A stretch of DNA of 63,666 nucleotides, filler included, from Candidatus Nezhaarchaeota archaeon WYZ-LMO8 (GCA_004347965.1; 3 parts of 3 records of this genome joined end to end with filler, not necessarily neighbours in it), one strand, 5' to 3'. Positions 1 to 10,108 are shown, counted from the whole stretch's first letter. Numbers and translations: made by a program. Notes: generated from the sequence alone by a model not told the origin.

Positions 1-41
1 GTAAAGGTCTTGCCACATCTGAAGCACTTGTACTGGACCAT
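1..41 (-). CDS. rpoP: Partial (N-terminus) RNA polymerase subunit P/Rpo12-like zinc ribbon
   Basis: Manual translation from ATG at 41 gives MVQYKCFRCGKTF..., which has the YxCxxCG motif. It runs off the window edge. Confidence 0.55.
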   Translation of the reverse strand, partial: MVQYKCFRCGKTF

Positions 42-268
42 TGCTCCTCTCAGTAAACTAACCTCTCCCCATTAAAAAATTTTAAGAGCATTAAATCTCG
101 CGAGTGACCTCCTTAAAACTTCATTCACCTTAACTTGTCGACTTAGTCATCATTCGTGAGTTTATGTGGAAAACTGCTTATAGTTAAATTGAGGAATGCT
201 TGCTAGAAAAATTCTTTTAAAAAGTCTTATAATTCACGACCTGTTGACTTACCAGTTAGGTGTGAGAG

Positions 269-1609
269 ATGGATAGTAAGCGGGACGTAGTAATTGTTGG
301 AGGTAGCACAGCAGGCTTCATTTGCGCATTGACTATTAAAAGGTACAACAAAGATGTCAGGGTAACTGTGGTGAGAAGGGAGAGAAAAGCCTTGATTACA
401 TGTGGGATCCCATATATCTTTGGGACTCTACTTGACGTCAATAAAGACTTACTACCAGATAAACTGTTAGTGGAAGGAGGAATAGACCTCTTAATTGATG
501 AGGTTAAGTCGATAGATAGAAGCGAGAAGGCAGTCATCCTATCGAGTGGACGAAGAATAAGTTACGATAAGCTCGTCTTAACCACAGGATCAATCCCAGT
601 GAAACCTCCAATACCAGGGATGGACCTTGAGAACGTATTCTTTGCTAGGAAGGATGCTGAGTACCTACAGCAGTTACTTACTACCTTAGAGAGAGCTAAG
701 GACGTGGTTGTAATAGGTGGAGGCTTCGTTGGTGTAGAATTTGCTGAGCAGTTTAGGAGGAGAGGGTTGAACGTTACGATAGTTGAGATGTTACCTCACT
801 GTCTACAGCTAAACTTCGATGAGGAGTACTGCGTGATGGCCGAAGAGAAGCTTCGAAGTCTGGGGGTGCATGTGATTACGAATGAGAGAGTTGAGGAGAT
901 CATTGGAAGTGGAGGAAAGGTTGAAGAAGTTAAGCTCGCAAGTGGAGGGAGACTTAAAGCGGATGTAGTACTTGTCGCAGTAGGTGTAAGGCCCGATGCG
1001 ACGCTTGCAAAGGAAGCTCAATTAAAGATAGGCGAGATGGGAGGAGTGTGGGTCAACGAGTACATGCAGACCTCGGACGAAGACATCTTTGCCGCTGGAG
1101 ACTGTGCTGAGAAGTTCTCATTCTTTACGGGGAAGCCGGTCAACTTAAGGCTTGCATCAATAGCGGCTAGGGAAGCAAAAATTGTGGCAGCAAATCTTTC
1201 TGGAATTAACGTTAAGAATCCTGGTACCATAGGTTGCTTTGCGACCATGATAGATGACCTAGGCCTAGGAGTAGCGGGCTTGACGGAGAAGGCGGCTAGG
1301 GATGCTGGCTTCAACGTATTAACGGGGATAGCAACGACTACAGATAAGCACCCTGGAACTATGCCAGGCGCTAAGACTCTTAAGGTCAAGCTTATCTTCG
1401 ATAGAAGTACGAAGACCATAATTGGTGGTGAAGTAGCTGGAGGACCAACAACCGCCGAGCTTGCAAACATAATTTCGACAATGATAGAGAAGAGTATGAC
1501 CGTAGAAGAGGTCACTTTCTTCCAATACGGCACTCACCCAGCTCTCACAGCCTCTCCTAGAACGCATCCCATAGCTTATGCGGCTGAAGATGCATTATCG
1601 AAACTATGA
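269..1609 (+). CDS. FAD-dependent pyridine nucleotide-disulfide oxidoreductase (CoA-disulfide reductase/NADH oxidase family)
   Basis: N-terminal GGSTAG, redox Cys in ITCGIPY, second dinucleotide motif GGGFVGVE, TSDEDIFAAGD, C-terminal dimerisation domain. Confidence 0.88.
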   Translation: MDSKRDVVIVGGSTAGFICALTIKRYNKDVRVTVVRRERKALITCGIPYIFGTLLDVNKDLLPDKLLVEGGIDLLIDEVKSIDRSEKAVILSSGRRISYDKLVLTTGSIPVKPPIPGMDLENVFFARKDAEYLQQLLTTLERAKDVVVIGGGFVGVEFAEQFRRRGLNVTIVEMLPHCLQLNFDEEYCVMAEEKLRSLGVHVITNERVEEIIGSGGKVEEVKLASGGRLKADVVLVAVGVRPDATLAKEAQLKIGEMGGVWVNEYMQTSDEDIFAAGDCAEKFSFFTGKPVNLRLASIAAREAKIVAANLSGINVKNPGTIGCFATMIDDLGLGVAGLTEKAARDAGFNVLTGIATTTDKHPGTMPGAKTLKVKLIFDRSTKTIIGGEVAGGPTTAELANIISTMIEKSMTVEEVTFFQYGTHPALTASPRTHPIAYAAEDALSKL

Positions 1610-1669
1610 CTCGACTATCACTACCTATTCCTCAACCCCCTCATGAATCGAGCATTCTGAAAGCCTTTG

Positions 1670-1942
1670 TTACTTAATTTCTACTCGTAAAACCCTAAAG
1701 ACAACCGTATTGATAGGGTCTGGGCATTGAAGTACCTCTACCAGGTTAATCCAGTCATCCTCTGGCACTTTCCTGTAAGCAACGGTCAAGTAGGGTAATA
1801 GGGCTCCAATCGCGTAGAGACAAACATTACTACTTTTCTCAGAAATTATGGAGCCCTCCTCTATGACTATCCTATCGCCAATCTTGTAACCAGCTGCACA
1901 GTTACCCTTGACATCTTTAACTTGAAGAATCACCCTATACAC
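1670..1942 (-). CDS. TIGR04076-family small Cys-containing protein
   Basis: VKGNCAAGYKIGD...CLYA...QCPDP pattern in a 90-aa protein. Confidence 0.75.
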   Translation of the reverse strand: MYRVILQVKDVKGNCAAGYKIGDRIVIEEGSIISEKSSNVCLYAIGALLPYLTVAYRKVPEDDWINLVEVLQCPDPINTVVFRVLRVEIK

Positions 1943-2152
1943 GCTTAACCCTCAATACCCTTACTATGTCGAGTAGGCTTTTATCCGTTGTCGTATAAGC
2001 AGAAGCTCTATGAGAAGTGCGTCATGACCACACCATTTAAGGCTCTTTTTGTACTTCAAGGTGCTCAGGAACGAAGCCATACTTCCACGAACTTCAACGT
2101 TCACTTAGAAGCGTCAGTTTAATAACCATGATCACCTGATGTTTAAGAGAGA

Positions 2153-2566
2153 ATGCACGTTGACATCGTAAATCAATTAAGGTCGAGGAGCTTTGAGGTC
2201 TTAGGAGTTCATGAACGTTGCGGGGAAGTATACATTGGAGTTAAAATGCCGGAGCTTGTATTCACCCTAAACTCTATAGAAGCCTTCGAAGTTAACTTTC
2301 CCACCAAATTATTTGAAAAGAAGTTTAAACTTAAGTTATCTCACTTGTCAGATCTAGACTACGAGTTCTGCAGGAATATGAAAATTAAGCCGATATACAT
2401 GTTGAGGAGGAAGGGTCTTAGGGGCTTCATAATGCAAGCTTTCAATAGACATAAACCGATATATCTGTGTCGTGACTCTGTATGGTTTCCTCAATGTGCT
2501 GAGAATCTTTTCGAGTTACTGGAGGTCCTCAAGAGCTGGTATGAAGCAAGGCATCGAAAGGGGTAA
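2153..2566 (+). CDS. Hypothetical protein
   Basis: 137-aa ORF filling the gap between genes; no recognised motif. Confidence 0.5.
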   Translation: MHVDIVNQLRSRSFEVLGVHERCGEVYIGVKMPELVFTLNSIEAFEVNFPTKLFEKKFKLKLSHLSDLDYEFCRNMKIKPIYMLRRKGLRGFIMQAFNRHKPIYLCRDSVWFPQCAENLFELLEVLKSWYEARHRKG

Positions 2567-2654
2567 AGACTCAAACTTGCTTGAGAGCATTTAAAGACAA
2601 ATCAAGAATTTTTCGATTGAAATGGAGAATTACAAAGGGATGCTCTTGGAGAGG

Positions 2655-3815
2655 CTAGCGACTCTTCATAGAATCTAAGATCATCTCGGCCACGTCTTTC
2701 ACCTCGAACTCCTCCTCCAATCCCTCATCTTTTATAGCGTCTTCAAGCATACACCTGCAAATGGGACATGCTATGGCTAGGACTTTTGCCCCCGTTTCTA
2801 AAGCTTCTCTCACTCTCACTCTGGCTGGACTCTCCATGCCATGGAGAAGATCGAAGACAAAGTTCCCACTTCCACCACCACAACAGAAGGAGTTTTCCCG
2901 AGTCCTTTTCATCTCTACAAGCTTTAGTCCTGGAATGCTCAGTAAAATCTTTCTCGGCTCCAAGTATATTCCATTATATCTTCCTAGGAAGCATGGATCA
3001 TGGTACGTGACCTTGCATTCCATCCGTGAAAATCTAAACTTACCTTCTTTAACCAGCTCGTACAGTAGTTGCGTGAAGTGAATCACCTCAAAGCTTCTCG
3101 CAGGATATTTCTTCATTGCATTGTATGCATGCGGAGAAATTGTTAAAACCTTCTTAACTCCTAACTCTTGAAATAACTTCATGTTCTTGAAGGCAAGCTC
3201 TTGAAACAATCCCATCTCGCCTAGCATGTATGCTTCATTTCCATCGCACTCTTCTTCGTTACCCAAGATGCCAAAGGAAATGCCTGCTGCCTCAAGGACT
3301 TCGATAACGTTCCTCGCTACCTTCCGTCCAGCCTCTAAATAGCTACTTTCACAACCTAAGTAGAGGAGGTACTCGTCGCCCTCATACTTCTTTACCCCAG
3401 AGATCCATGTTGCTCGCTGGCTTCGCGGTAAGCCCCATGGATTCCCGAACTTAGCTATGTTCTCTAAGAACTCCCTGACCTTTGGCGGCGCTAGACCTTC
3501 TTCTATAGCCACACTCTTCGCAGCAATGATCCAGTCTGTGACCTCATCTTTAAACCTCATCTTGCAGTTCTCAGAGCAGTTCCTGCATCCAACGCAGGAG
3601 AATAAGATTTCTGCAAGACGATCGGACCACCTCAACTCTTTTTTAAGCCAAGCTCTTATTAGCCAAAGCCTACCACCAGGAGAGTAGCTTTCAAAGTGAA
3701 ATCTAACGTAAGAGGGACAATTGTAGTCTATGAAGGTGCTTGGCAACTTACACCAGCCACATCTAAAGCACCTATGGACGTTTCTAAGGTCCACGCTCAT
3801 AGTTACACGCTCCAA
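2655..3815 (-). CDS. Fe-S oxidoreductase with CCG domains (HdrD/GlpC-like)
   Basis: CFRCGWC and CVGCRNCSENC ferredoxin motifs; YHDPCFLGR, CCGGG and ACPIC motifs. Confidence 0.88.
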   Translation of the reverse strand: MERVTMSVDLRNVHRCFRCGWCKLPSTFIDYNCPSYVRFHFESYSPGGRLWLIRAWLKKELRWSDRLAEILFSCVGCRNCSENCKMRFKDEVTDWIIAAKSVAIEEGLAPPKVREFLENIAKFGNPWGLPRSQRATWISGVKKYEGDEYLLYLGCESSYLEAGRKVARNVIEVLEAAGISFGILGNEEECDGNEAYMLGEMGLFQELAFKNMKLFQELGVKKVLTISPHAYNAMKKYPARSFEVIHFTQLLYELVKEGKFRFSRMECKVTYHDPCFLGRYNGIYLEPRKILLSIPGLKLVEMKRTRENSFCCGGGSGNFVFDLLHGMESPARVRVREALETGAKVLAIACPICRCMLEDAIKDEGLEEEFEVKDVAEMILDSMKSR

Positions 3816-5185
3816 TTTCCTGGGTTCATTATTCCGTTCGGATCGAGGAGACTTCTAATGCGCTTCAAGAGCTCAGCTGTTTCCCTAGGCATTTTTTCAA
3901 GAAGCACCCTCTGTATTGGTGGCTCTGGCTTCCACGGAATACCGCCGATTTCAAGAGTTGCAATGTATGATTCTTGGATCGCTTTTCTTGCCTTCTCCAT
4001 GCTTTCGGGATCTTCTCGATTGAATGGATATGCAAAGGAGAACATCATGCAATGCCCCCTACCAATAACCCTTCCAGTGTGTGAGAAGGTTACTTGGTTC
4101 CTACTTGCTATCTCAAAGAGCTTCTTTAGGGCAGTAGAGAACATGTCGATAGGGATTATAGCCCCACAATACACAAACCCGCCACCCTTCAACACATCGG
4201 CAAACCTGGTAATGTTTGACATGGGTCTCTCTAAGAATGCTATCTTCATGTTTGGAGCGAGGGTCATGAACCCGCCTTCCTTGCTATTTATAATATCGCG
4301 GAGTGAACTCCATATCAACTTCCTCTTGAATTCAAGCTCTTCTTCTTCATCTCCTGTTATGTAAATCTGGATCATTACTATGTCTCGAAACATTAGTGGA
4401 TATGGCTGAGCGCTTGTAGTGATATCTTCAGCCATCTCCGTATGAGTGACTCTATAGATGACTTCCGGAACGAGGTTCGGATCTTCTACAACAAATACCT
4501 CTACGTCTCGAAGCTTCTTCTTTGGGTAAAGTCTCAGCCCCGCCTTCGTTACAATACCTGTTGCCCCAAACCAGCCTAGGAACAATCCAGCTGGAATTGG
4601 GAAGGGTTCTAGAGAGAACCAATAAGAACCAAGAGCACACGAACCGATTCTACATATTTCTCCGCTTGACAGAACTATCTCAAGCCCAGTAACCATCGAT
4701 GAATTGAAGCCATATTGCTGTGCTAAGTGCCCCTGTCCATGTATCATGAGGTTCCCGACAACTGTTGCTGAGGGTGGTGCTTCTGGGAGCGAGTGACAGA
4801 GATCTGGGTACTGCTCTTCGAGAAACGCTTTAAGCTTACCATGCGTTACGCCAGCCTCTATTACAACATACCTGCTTCTCCTATTGACCTCTATAATCTT
4901 GTCCATGCGGCGGAGGTCTATGACTATCCCTCCTTTGTATGGAATCGTAAGCCCCGATAAACTTAGAGAGGCTCCAGCAGGTATGACTGGTATCCTCTCC
5001 TTATTCGCAAGTTGAACTATCTTCTGAACTTCCTCAACAGTCTTTGGCAAGACTACAAAATCTGCTTCATGAGGCTCTGCTAGCCCTGGATCTCGAGAAT
5101 AGATGTAAAGATCCTCCTTGCTATCTGAGACGTACTCTTCACCAACTATCTCTGCTAAAGCTTTGTGGACTTCCTTCTTATTCAT
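3803..5185 (-). CDS. FAD-binding oxidoreductase, GlcD/Dld (VAO) family
   Basis: VVLPKTVEEV, GIVIDLRRMDKI, ATVVGN, GATGIVT and a C-terminal LDPNGIMNPG. Confidence 0.88.
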   Translation of the reverse strand: MNKKEVHKALAEIVGEEYVSDSKEDLYIYSRDPGLAEPHEADFVVLPKTVEEVQKIVQLANKERIPVIPAGASLSLSGLTIPYKGGIVIDLRRMDKIIEVNRRSRYVVIEAGVTHGKLKAFLEEQYPDLCHSLPEAPPSATVVGNLMIHGQGHLAQQYGFNSSMVTGLEIVLSSGEICRIGSCALGSYWFSLEPFPIPAGLFLGWFGATGIVTKAGLRLYPKKKLRDVEVFVVEDPNLVPEVIYRVTHTEMAEDITTSAQPYPLMFRDIVMIQIYITGDEEEELEFKRKLIWSSLRDIINSKEGGFMTLAPNMKIAFLERPMSNITRFADVLKGGGFVYCGAIIPIDMFSTALKKLFEIASRNQVTFSHTGRVIGRGHCMMFSFAYPFNREDPESMEKARKAIQESYIATLEIGGIPWKPEPPIQRVLLEKMPRETAELLKRIRSLLDPNGIMNPGNWSV

Positions 5186-5189
5186 TCTC

Positions 5190-6206
5190 TCACCTCAAGG
5201 TTTCACCTAATGCCAGCCTACAAAGTTGATGTAGCATTATAGGTCTGATTCCAGCCTTGTAGACCCTCTCAGCCAACGTGTAATAGCAATAGGGGCAGTT
5301 GAAGACACAGTACTCAGCTTTCGATTTAACCATGTCTTCTACATTTCTCCTCTGTACGTCGACAAAAAGATCGTACCTCTGTTGCCCCCTAAATATCCCT
5401 CCACAACATAGAGCTTTCTCTTTATCATACTCTCTTTGTGTTCTCTCAACTCCGATGAGCTCAAAGATACGGTCTAAGTACTGCTCTTTATCGGGCGTCA
5501 AGCGTGTAGAACAGTTCCTCTGATAAGCGATCCTAACGTTTAATGGCTTCACCTTGTCTTCCAATGCTTTTAGCTTATTGTAGAGGTATTCGAAGAAGTG
5601 AACAGGCCTAAAGGGTACTTCAATTCCATATGCATTCGCATACGAGGTGAAAGTCGAATAGCATTCGTCGTGGAAGAATACAACTTCTTTAAACCCGTGT
5701 CTCGCTATATTCTCTATAATTTTCGGCAATCTCTCCTTAATAACTGAAGGCTTTCCGAAGTGTAAGTAGGCAAGTTGACAATAAAAGTGTCTCCCGAGGA
5801 TGAATGATACTCCCTCAAAAAGCTTTCCTCTTAACTCCCTCATAAACTCTGGGAAGAGACATAGGGAGATGACAGGCTCTCTTGAATTAGGAAAGTACTG
5901 CGTGTCCTTTCTTGTTGGGATAGCCATGTTAATCCACTGCTTTACTATCGGCTTTGGTGCGGGAAGTATGCCCTTACTCTCTTGGAGCTCAGTAATCAAG
6001 TAGAATGGATGGTTTCCCTTCTTGCAGTACTCTTCACATGCATAGCATGTTACGCATTCGTTTAAGATGAAGGTTTCTTCACCATTAATGAGCCTCATAA
6101 TTTCTTTCTTCGCGCTTTCCACATCAAGTCTCATGTATTGACATTTAGTTAAGCAATCATAGGTAGTACATTTTTCGCAAAAATTTTTATCGAACTTTAA
6201 CTTCAC
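5190..6206 (-). CDS. Fe-S/CCG-domain protein (HdrD-like)
   Basis: CEKCTTYDCLTKC, CVTCYACEEYC, CCGG and NCPYC motifs. Confidence 0.82.
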   Translation of the reverse strand: MKLKFDKNFCEKCTTYDCLTKCQYMRLDVESAKKEIMRLINGEETFILNECVTCYACEEYCKKGNHPFYLITELQESKGILPAPKPIVKQWINMAIPTRKDTQYFPNSREPVISLCLFPEFMRELRGKLFEGVSFILGRHFYCQLAYLHFGKPSVIKERLPKIIENIARHGFKEVVFFHDECYSTFTSYANAYGIEVPFRPVHFFEYLYNKLKALEDKVKPLNVRIAYQRNCSTRLTPDKEQYLDRIFELIGVERTQREYDKEKALCCGGIFRGQQRYDLFVDVQRRNVEDMVKSKAEYCVFNCPYCYYTLAERVYKAGIRPIMLHQLCRLALGETLR

Positions 6207-6481
6207 CCTACATCTCCGAAAATTAGTGTTTGCTTTATAGCTTAAAACTGTGGTGTGTCGATGTAAAAAGAGTAGTGATGTAAGTTCGAAATGATTCTTC
6301 GAGGCTTTCGATAGCTTAACGGTGGCTTTGACAAATGTTTACATTAGCATTACGGTAAGCTGAAGAGAGCTACCTACCTTAAGGTGGTTTGCAGGGATTA
6401 ATGATCACCCTTCGTGTAAAGCTGACTCTCCAACTAAGTTTTTAAACATGCACGCACACTTTAATGGTGATGGTGGCGTAA

Positions 6482-7186
6482 GTGTCATCAGACGTACTTT
6501 GGAGCGATAAACCATACATAAAAAAGACTATTGTTAAAGCCATTATACTGTATACGTTGTTAACTATGCTCTTCAGCTGGCTCTTCTTCTTAGTGCCGAT
6601 ACTCTTCGCAATATACACGGTTTTAGCATGGCTCTTCATAGCGTTCTACGTCTATTGGAAGCGTGCCCATACATACTGTGTTAAAGAAAATAGCGTGTTA
6701 ATAACTAGAAGCTGGGTGTTTGGTACATATCGACGTGAGTTGACTCTTGACAGGCTTCACGACATTCATGTTCAGCAAGGCTTCCTTGCTAAATTATTTA
6801 AGTGCGGTAGCATCGTTTTCGTAACAACTGCAGGGCTCGAAGTAGGATACGTTGGAGTGGGTGGTGGGGGGCGCATCTCCAGAGGAGGAATAGTTTTTGG
6901 AGGTGGTGGAGCCATCCCCATGTTACTTAGGGGGGCTTGGAACTCCTTCATGGACGTCAAGTTTCCAGAACATGTTGGTGAGCTGATCGCAAAGAAGCTT
7001 GTTGAATGGAGGGAAGTATTCCAACAACGGAAGATAGCCACGGCAGTCGAAAGAATAACTGAAAAGACCACGACCATGGGGGCATCGATAGCTGAGGAAC
7101 TCGCAAAGCTCAAAGAGTTACTCGACAAGGGAGTTATAACAAGAGAAGAATTCGAGAAAGCAAAGAAGAAACTTTTGGGCGAATAA
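6482..7186 (+). CDS. Membrane protein with bacterial PH domain and C-terminal SHOCT domain
   Basis: Two N-terminal TM helices; HDIHVQQGFLAKLFKCGSI (bPH_2-like); EELAKLKELLDKGVITREEFEKAKKKLL (SHOCT). Confidence 0.8.
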   Translation: MSSDVLWSDKPYIKKTIVKAIILYTLLTMLFSWLFFLVPILFAIYTVLAWLFIAFYVYWKRAHTYCVKENSVLITRSWVFGTYRRELTLDRLHDIHVQQGFLAKLFKCGSIVFVTTAGLEVGYVGVGGGGRISRGGIVFGGGGAIPMLLRGAWNSFMDVKFPEHVGELIAKKLVEWREVFQQRKIATAVERITEKTTTMGASIAEELAKLKELLDKGVITREEFEKAKKKLLGE

Positions 7187-7287
7187 GCAGGAACGTTTGA
7201 ATTTTCCATTTATCACATCGGTCTCAATTCGGGTAGCAAGAATTTGTGGTAAAGACTGTTAAGTAAAAAAGTTATCGAGGAGAATAT

Positions 7288-8346
7288 TTAGAATGGCATT
7301 TCACCTTCCATGAGTCCTACAAGTAATGTTACAACTTTCTCCAAGTCTCTTAGGTTTAGGACTTCTTGGAATGTGTGGACGTACCTTGTTGGAAAAGCAA
7401 TTACACCACTCGGAACCCCTTCTCTCGATAGCTGTATGGCTGTTGCATCTGTAGTCCCTCCCTCCAATACCTCAAATTGAATTGGAATACCTCTCTCCTG
7501 AGCAACCTTCACAATCCACCGCTTCACCACGGGGTTAGGTATGAGACCTCCGGATAGCGAATCTCTACGACCATCAGCAACAACTACCACGGGACCGCTA
7601 CCAACCTTAATCGGAGCTTCGTGAGGCTCTATATTGGGATGGTCTCCAGCTATGGTCGTGTCAACAGCTACACCCACTGTAGGCTTAATTGCGTAGCCAG
7701 CAACCGTAGCACCTTTAAGCCCTACCTCCTCTTGTATCGTGAAGGCTGCATAAACCTTGCATCGAGGCTTAGCCTCTTTGAGAGCTTGAACAAGAGCTGC
7801 ACAGCCGGCTCTATCATCAAAGGCTTTGCCTGCTACGAGACCATTAGCCAGCTCCACGAGCCTCTTGTCTATTGTGATAAAGTTGCCTACCTCTATCCCC
7901 ATCTCTTTAACCTCATCAGCGCTTCTAGCTCCAACATCTATGAACATCTTATCATAGGTCAAGAGCTGGCGCCTCTCCTCGTCTTTCATTACATGAATTG
8001 CCTTACTACCTATGACGCCTCTCACTCTACCCTTACTACCGTGAACTATTACTTGTTGGCCAACAAGAAGCTGATCCCATATGCCTCCGAGCTTGGCGAA
8101 CCTTATGAAGCCCTTGTCGTCAATGCTCTTAACTATGAGTGCTATCTCGTCCATGTGTGCAGCTAGCATGAGCGACTTGTCACCAGAACCTTTGTAAGCT
8201 ATGAGGTTACCCAAAGAGTCTTTTACGAATCCGTCAACGTACCCTCTAAGCTCACTAACTATTATGTCAGCAACTTCATCTTCAAACCCTGGAGGACCAT
8301 GAGCCTCTGAGAGTCTCCTCAAAATATCTAAGAGCTCGCCCATCAA
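7288..8346 (-). CDS. M42 family (TET) aminopeptidase
   Basis: AAHMDEI, KAFDDRAG, QEEVGLKGA, GGTTDA and RYVHT motifs. Confidence 0.93.
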   Translation of the reverse strand: MMGELLDILRRLSEAHGPPGFEDEVADIIVSELRGYVDGFVKDSLGNLIAYKGSGDKSLMLAAHMDEIALIVKSIDDKGFIRFAKLGGIWDQLLVGQQVIVHGSKGRVRGVIGSKAIHVMKDEERRQLLTYDKMFIDVGARSADEVKEMGIEVGNFITIDKRLVELANGLVAGKAFDDRAGCAALVQALKEAKPRCKVYAAFTIQEEVGLKGATVAGYAIKPTVGVAVDTTIAGDHPNIEPHEAPIKVGSGPVVVVADGRRDSLSGGLIPNPVVKRWIVKVAQERGIPIQFEVLEGGTTDATAIQLSREGVPSGVIAFPTRYVHTFQEVLNLRDLEKVVTLLVGLMEGEMPF

Positions 8347-8407
8347 ATCACCGCATTACAGTAGTGCTCACCTTCTCAAAAACCTATAGATATAAACTAC
8401 TAAAAAA

Positions 8408-8475
8408 CGGGCTCAGAGCGATGGCTCTCTATCATTCATTTACAGTCAATACGAAGGGCGCGGTCATCATCACCC
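8408..8475 (-). ncRNA. Box C/D methylation guide sRNA
   Basis: Minus strand reads ATGATGA (C, 8470-8464), CCGCGCCCTTCGTA, TTGA (D'), a short spacer, a TGAATGA-like C', TAGAGAGCCATCGCT, CTGA (D, 8416-8413). It has a GGG/CCC terminal stem and a downstream T-run. Confidence 0.75.
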
Positions 8476-8595
8476 TTGAGGAATAATTTGAGCCCGCTAC
8501 CCAATTTATTATTTCTCTAGGGGCTACGCATAAGGTTCACTCAATGAATGTAATCCGTAAACATGAAGCCACATCTGGTGGTATTGCTCAAGTCT

Positions 8596-9414
8596 CTACG
8601 ATATTCTCCTCCTTATCTCGCTTACCTTGCTCATGAAGACTTCAACTTTCTCCTTAGAGATGGGGCTTGACAAATTCCCTCTTTTAAAGTAGCTACCGAC
8701 GATCGCAGCATCAGCTAACTTGAAAAGTTCATCTATGTTTTCAGGGTTACAGCCACTACCAATTATGATTGATGCTTCTGGAAGCTTAGCCCTAACTTTC
8801 CTCACTTCTTCCAGCGATGGAGGGGTCCCAATGCTTGGACCAGTTAGAATTATAGCATCAGCCAACCCCCTACTTAAAGCTTCCTCAGCTACAATTTCTA
8901 TAGGCCTTTGAACTAGAGGTGCTCCATGCTTTACATGTACGTCAGCAAATATCTTAATGCTCTCTGCTCGATAGACCTTCTTGGCCATCTGAACTCTACG
9001 AGCACAAGGCTCTAAAACCCCTTGATCTGTCACTATCACTTCGACGTAAGCATTGACCCTTATGAAGGAACCTCCAGCAACTTTAGCTATAGCTAGAGCT
9101 GCCACTACATCATTCCTTAACACGTTTACCCCTACGGGGATATCGATCTCTCTCGCTACTTCTTTAGCTATAACAGCCATGGAGGCTACAGTTGATGGAC
9201 CGACTGAGCATCTTCGATAGGGCATATCCCAGAAGTTCTCGATTATGACTCCATCCACGCCTCCATCTCTTAAAGTTCTAGCATCTCGTAAAGCGCTTTC
9301 AATTATGAAACTTACATCCTCTCCATCGTACTTAGGGGATCCAGGTAGAGGGGGCAAGTGTACTACTCCTATAACAGCCTTTTCTACTTGAAATAGTTCC
9401 TCCACAACTTTCAT
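8596..9414 (-). CDS. BtpA/SgcQ family TIM-barrel protein
   Basis: IGVVHLPPLPGSP, IIENFWDMPY, GVNVLRND and ADVHVKH motifs. Confidence 0.9.
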   Translation of the reverse strand: MKVVEELFQVEKAVIGVVHLPPLPGSPKYDGEDVSFIIESALRDARTLRDGGVDGVIIENFWDMPYRRCSVGPSTVASMAVIAKEVAREIDIPVGVNVLRNDVVAALAIAKVAGGSFIRVNAYVEVIVTDQGVLEPCARRVQMAKKVYRAESIKIFADVHVKHGAPLVQRPIEIVAEEALSRGLADAIILTGPSIGTPPSLEEVRKVRAKLPEASIIIGSGCNPENIDELFKLADAAIVGSYFKRGNLSSPISKEKVEVFMSKVSEIRRRIS

Positions 9415-9501
9415 TAACTGTTAACCTCACATTGTTACTAAGTTATTAAACATTAATTAGGCTAGCTTCGTTAAGTTAAGATGTTTGTGCTATGATTATA
9501 T

Positions 9502-10062
9502 TTGGTGGTGTCTCTCAAAGTGACTAGCAAGCCCTTAGACATCAAGATAAGCTTCTTATTGAGAAATTTCAAGGTAATTTCAGTAGGGCAAACCATAAGA
9601 AGCCTACATTCAACAGTCTGCAAAGTCGATGACCTTGTGCTCAAGGTAAGGGGCTTCGATATTAAGTTGGCCAAAGACGTAAATGAGTATCTAAAGGGTT
9701 TATCGAAGACCTTTGACTTCATACCAGACTTCTTGGGGGTAGTAGTAGGAGCAATAGAACTGAATGGTGAAGTTAAACCAGCCGTCATGAGTGTACATAC
9801 ATACGCAGAGCCAATAAGCATGCCATCAATAAAGGATTTACTGGAAGTACTAGCAATAGTTATTCAGGCGCAGATTAAGGGCTACACTTTAGATATAAAG
9901 CCCTCTAACTTCGGCAAGCTTAGAGGCCGGGTAATGTACGTGGATGAATACGGTATAGGCAAACCGTTACCAAAGGACATAGTTGAAGACTTTGAGAAGT
10001 TGAGGAGGAAGATTGAACGATATTTTAAGCAAGCATCAACTGCCCCTTCAGATCGCAACTGA
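9502..10062 (+). CDS. Hypothetical protein with protein-kinase-like catalytic motifs
   Basis: LVLKV (VAIK-like), LDIKPSNFG (catalytic loop) and YVDEYG (DFG-like). Confidence 0.5.
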   Translation: MVVSLKVTSKPLDIKISFLLRNFKVISVGQTIRSLHSTVCKVDDLVLKVRGFDIKLAKDVNEYLKGLSKTFDFIPDFLGVVVGAIELNGEVKPAVMSVHTYAEPISMPSIKDLLEVLAIVIQAQIKGYTLDIKPSNFGKLRGRVMYVDEYGIGKPLPKDIVEDFEKLRRKIERYFKQASTAPSDRN

Positions 10063-10108
10063 AAACTACTGTACTTCAATTCTAAACGTACTTCATTATA
10101 GCATGAGC

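Noticed and set aside
95..160. Minus-strand ATGATGA upstream of rpoP
   Set aside because: No CTGA-like D box at the expected distance.
3696..4364. Long antisense ORFs (e.g. 3696-4364, 7621-8166, 31006-31683, 33460-34059, 57921-58403)
   Set aside because: They lie opposite well-supported genes and have Ser-rich shadow-ORF composition.
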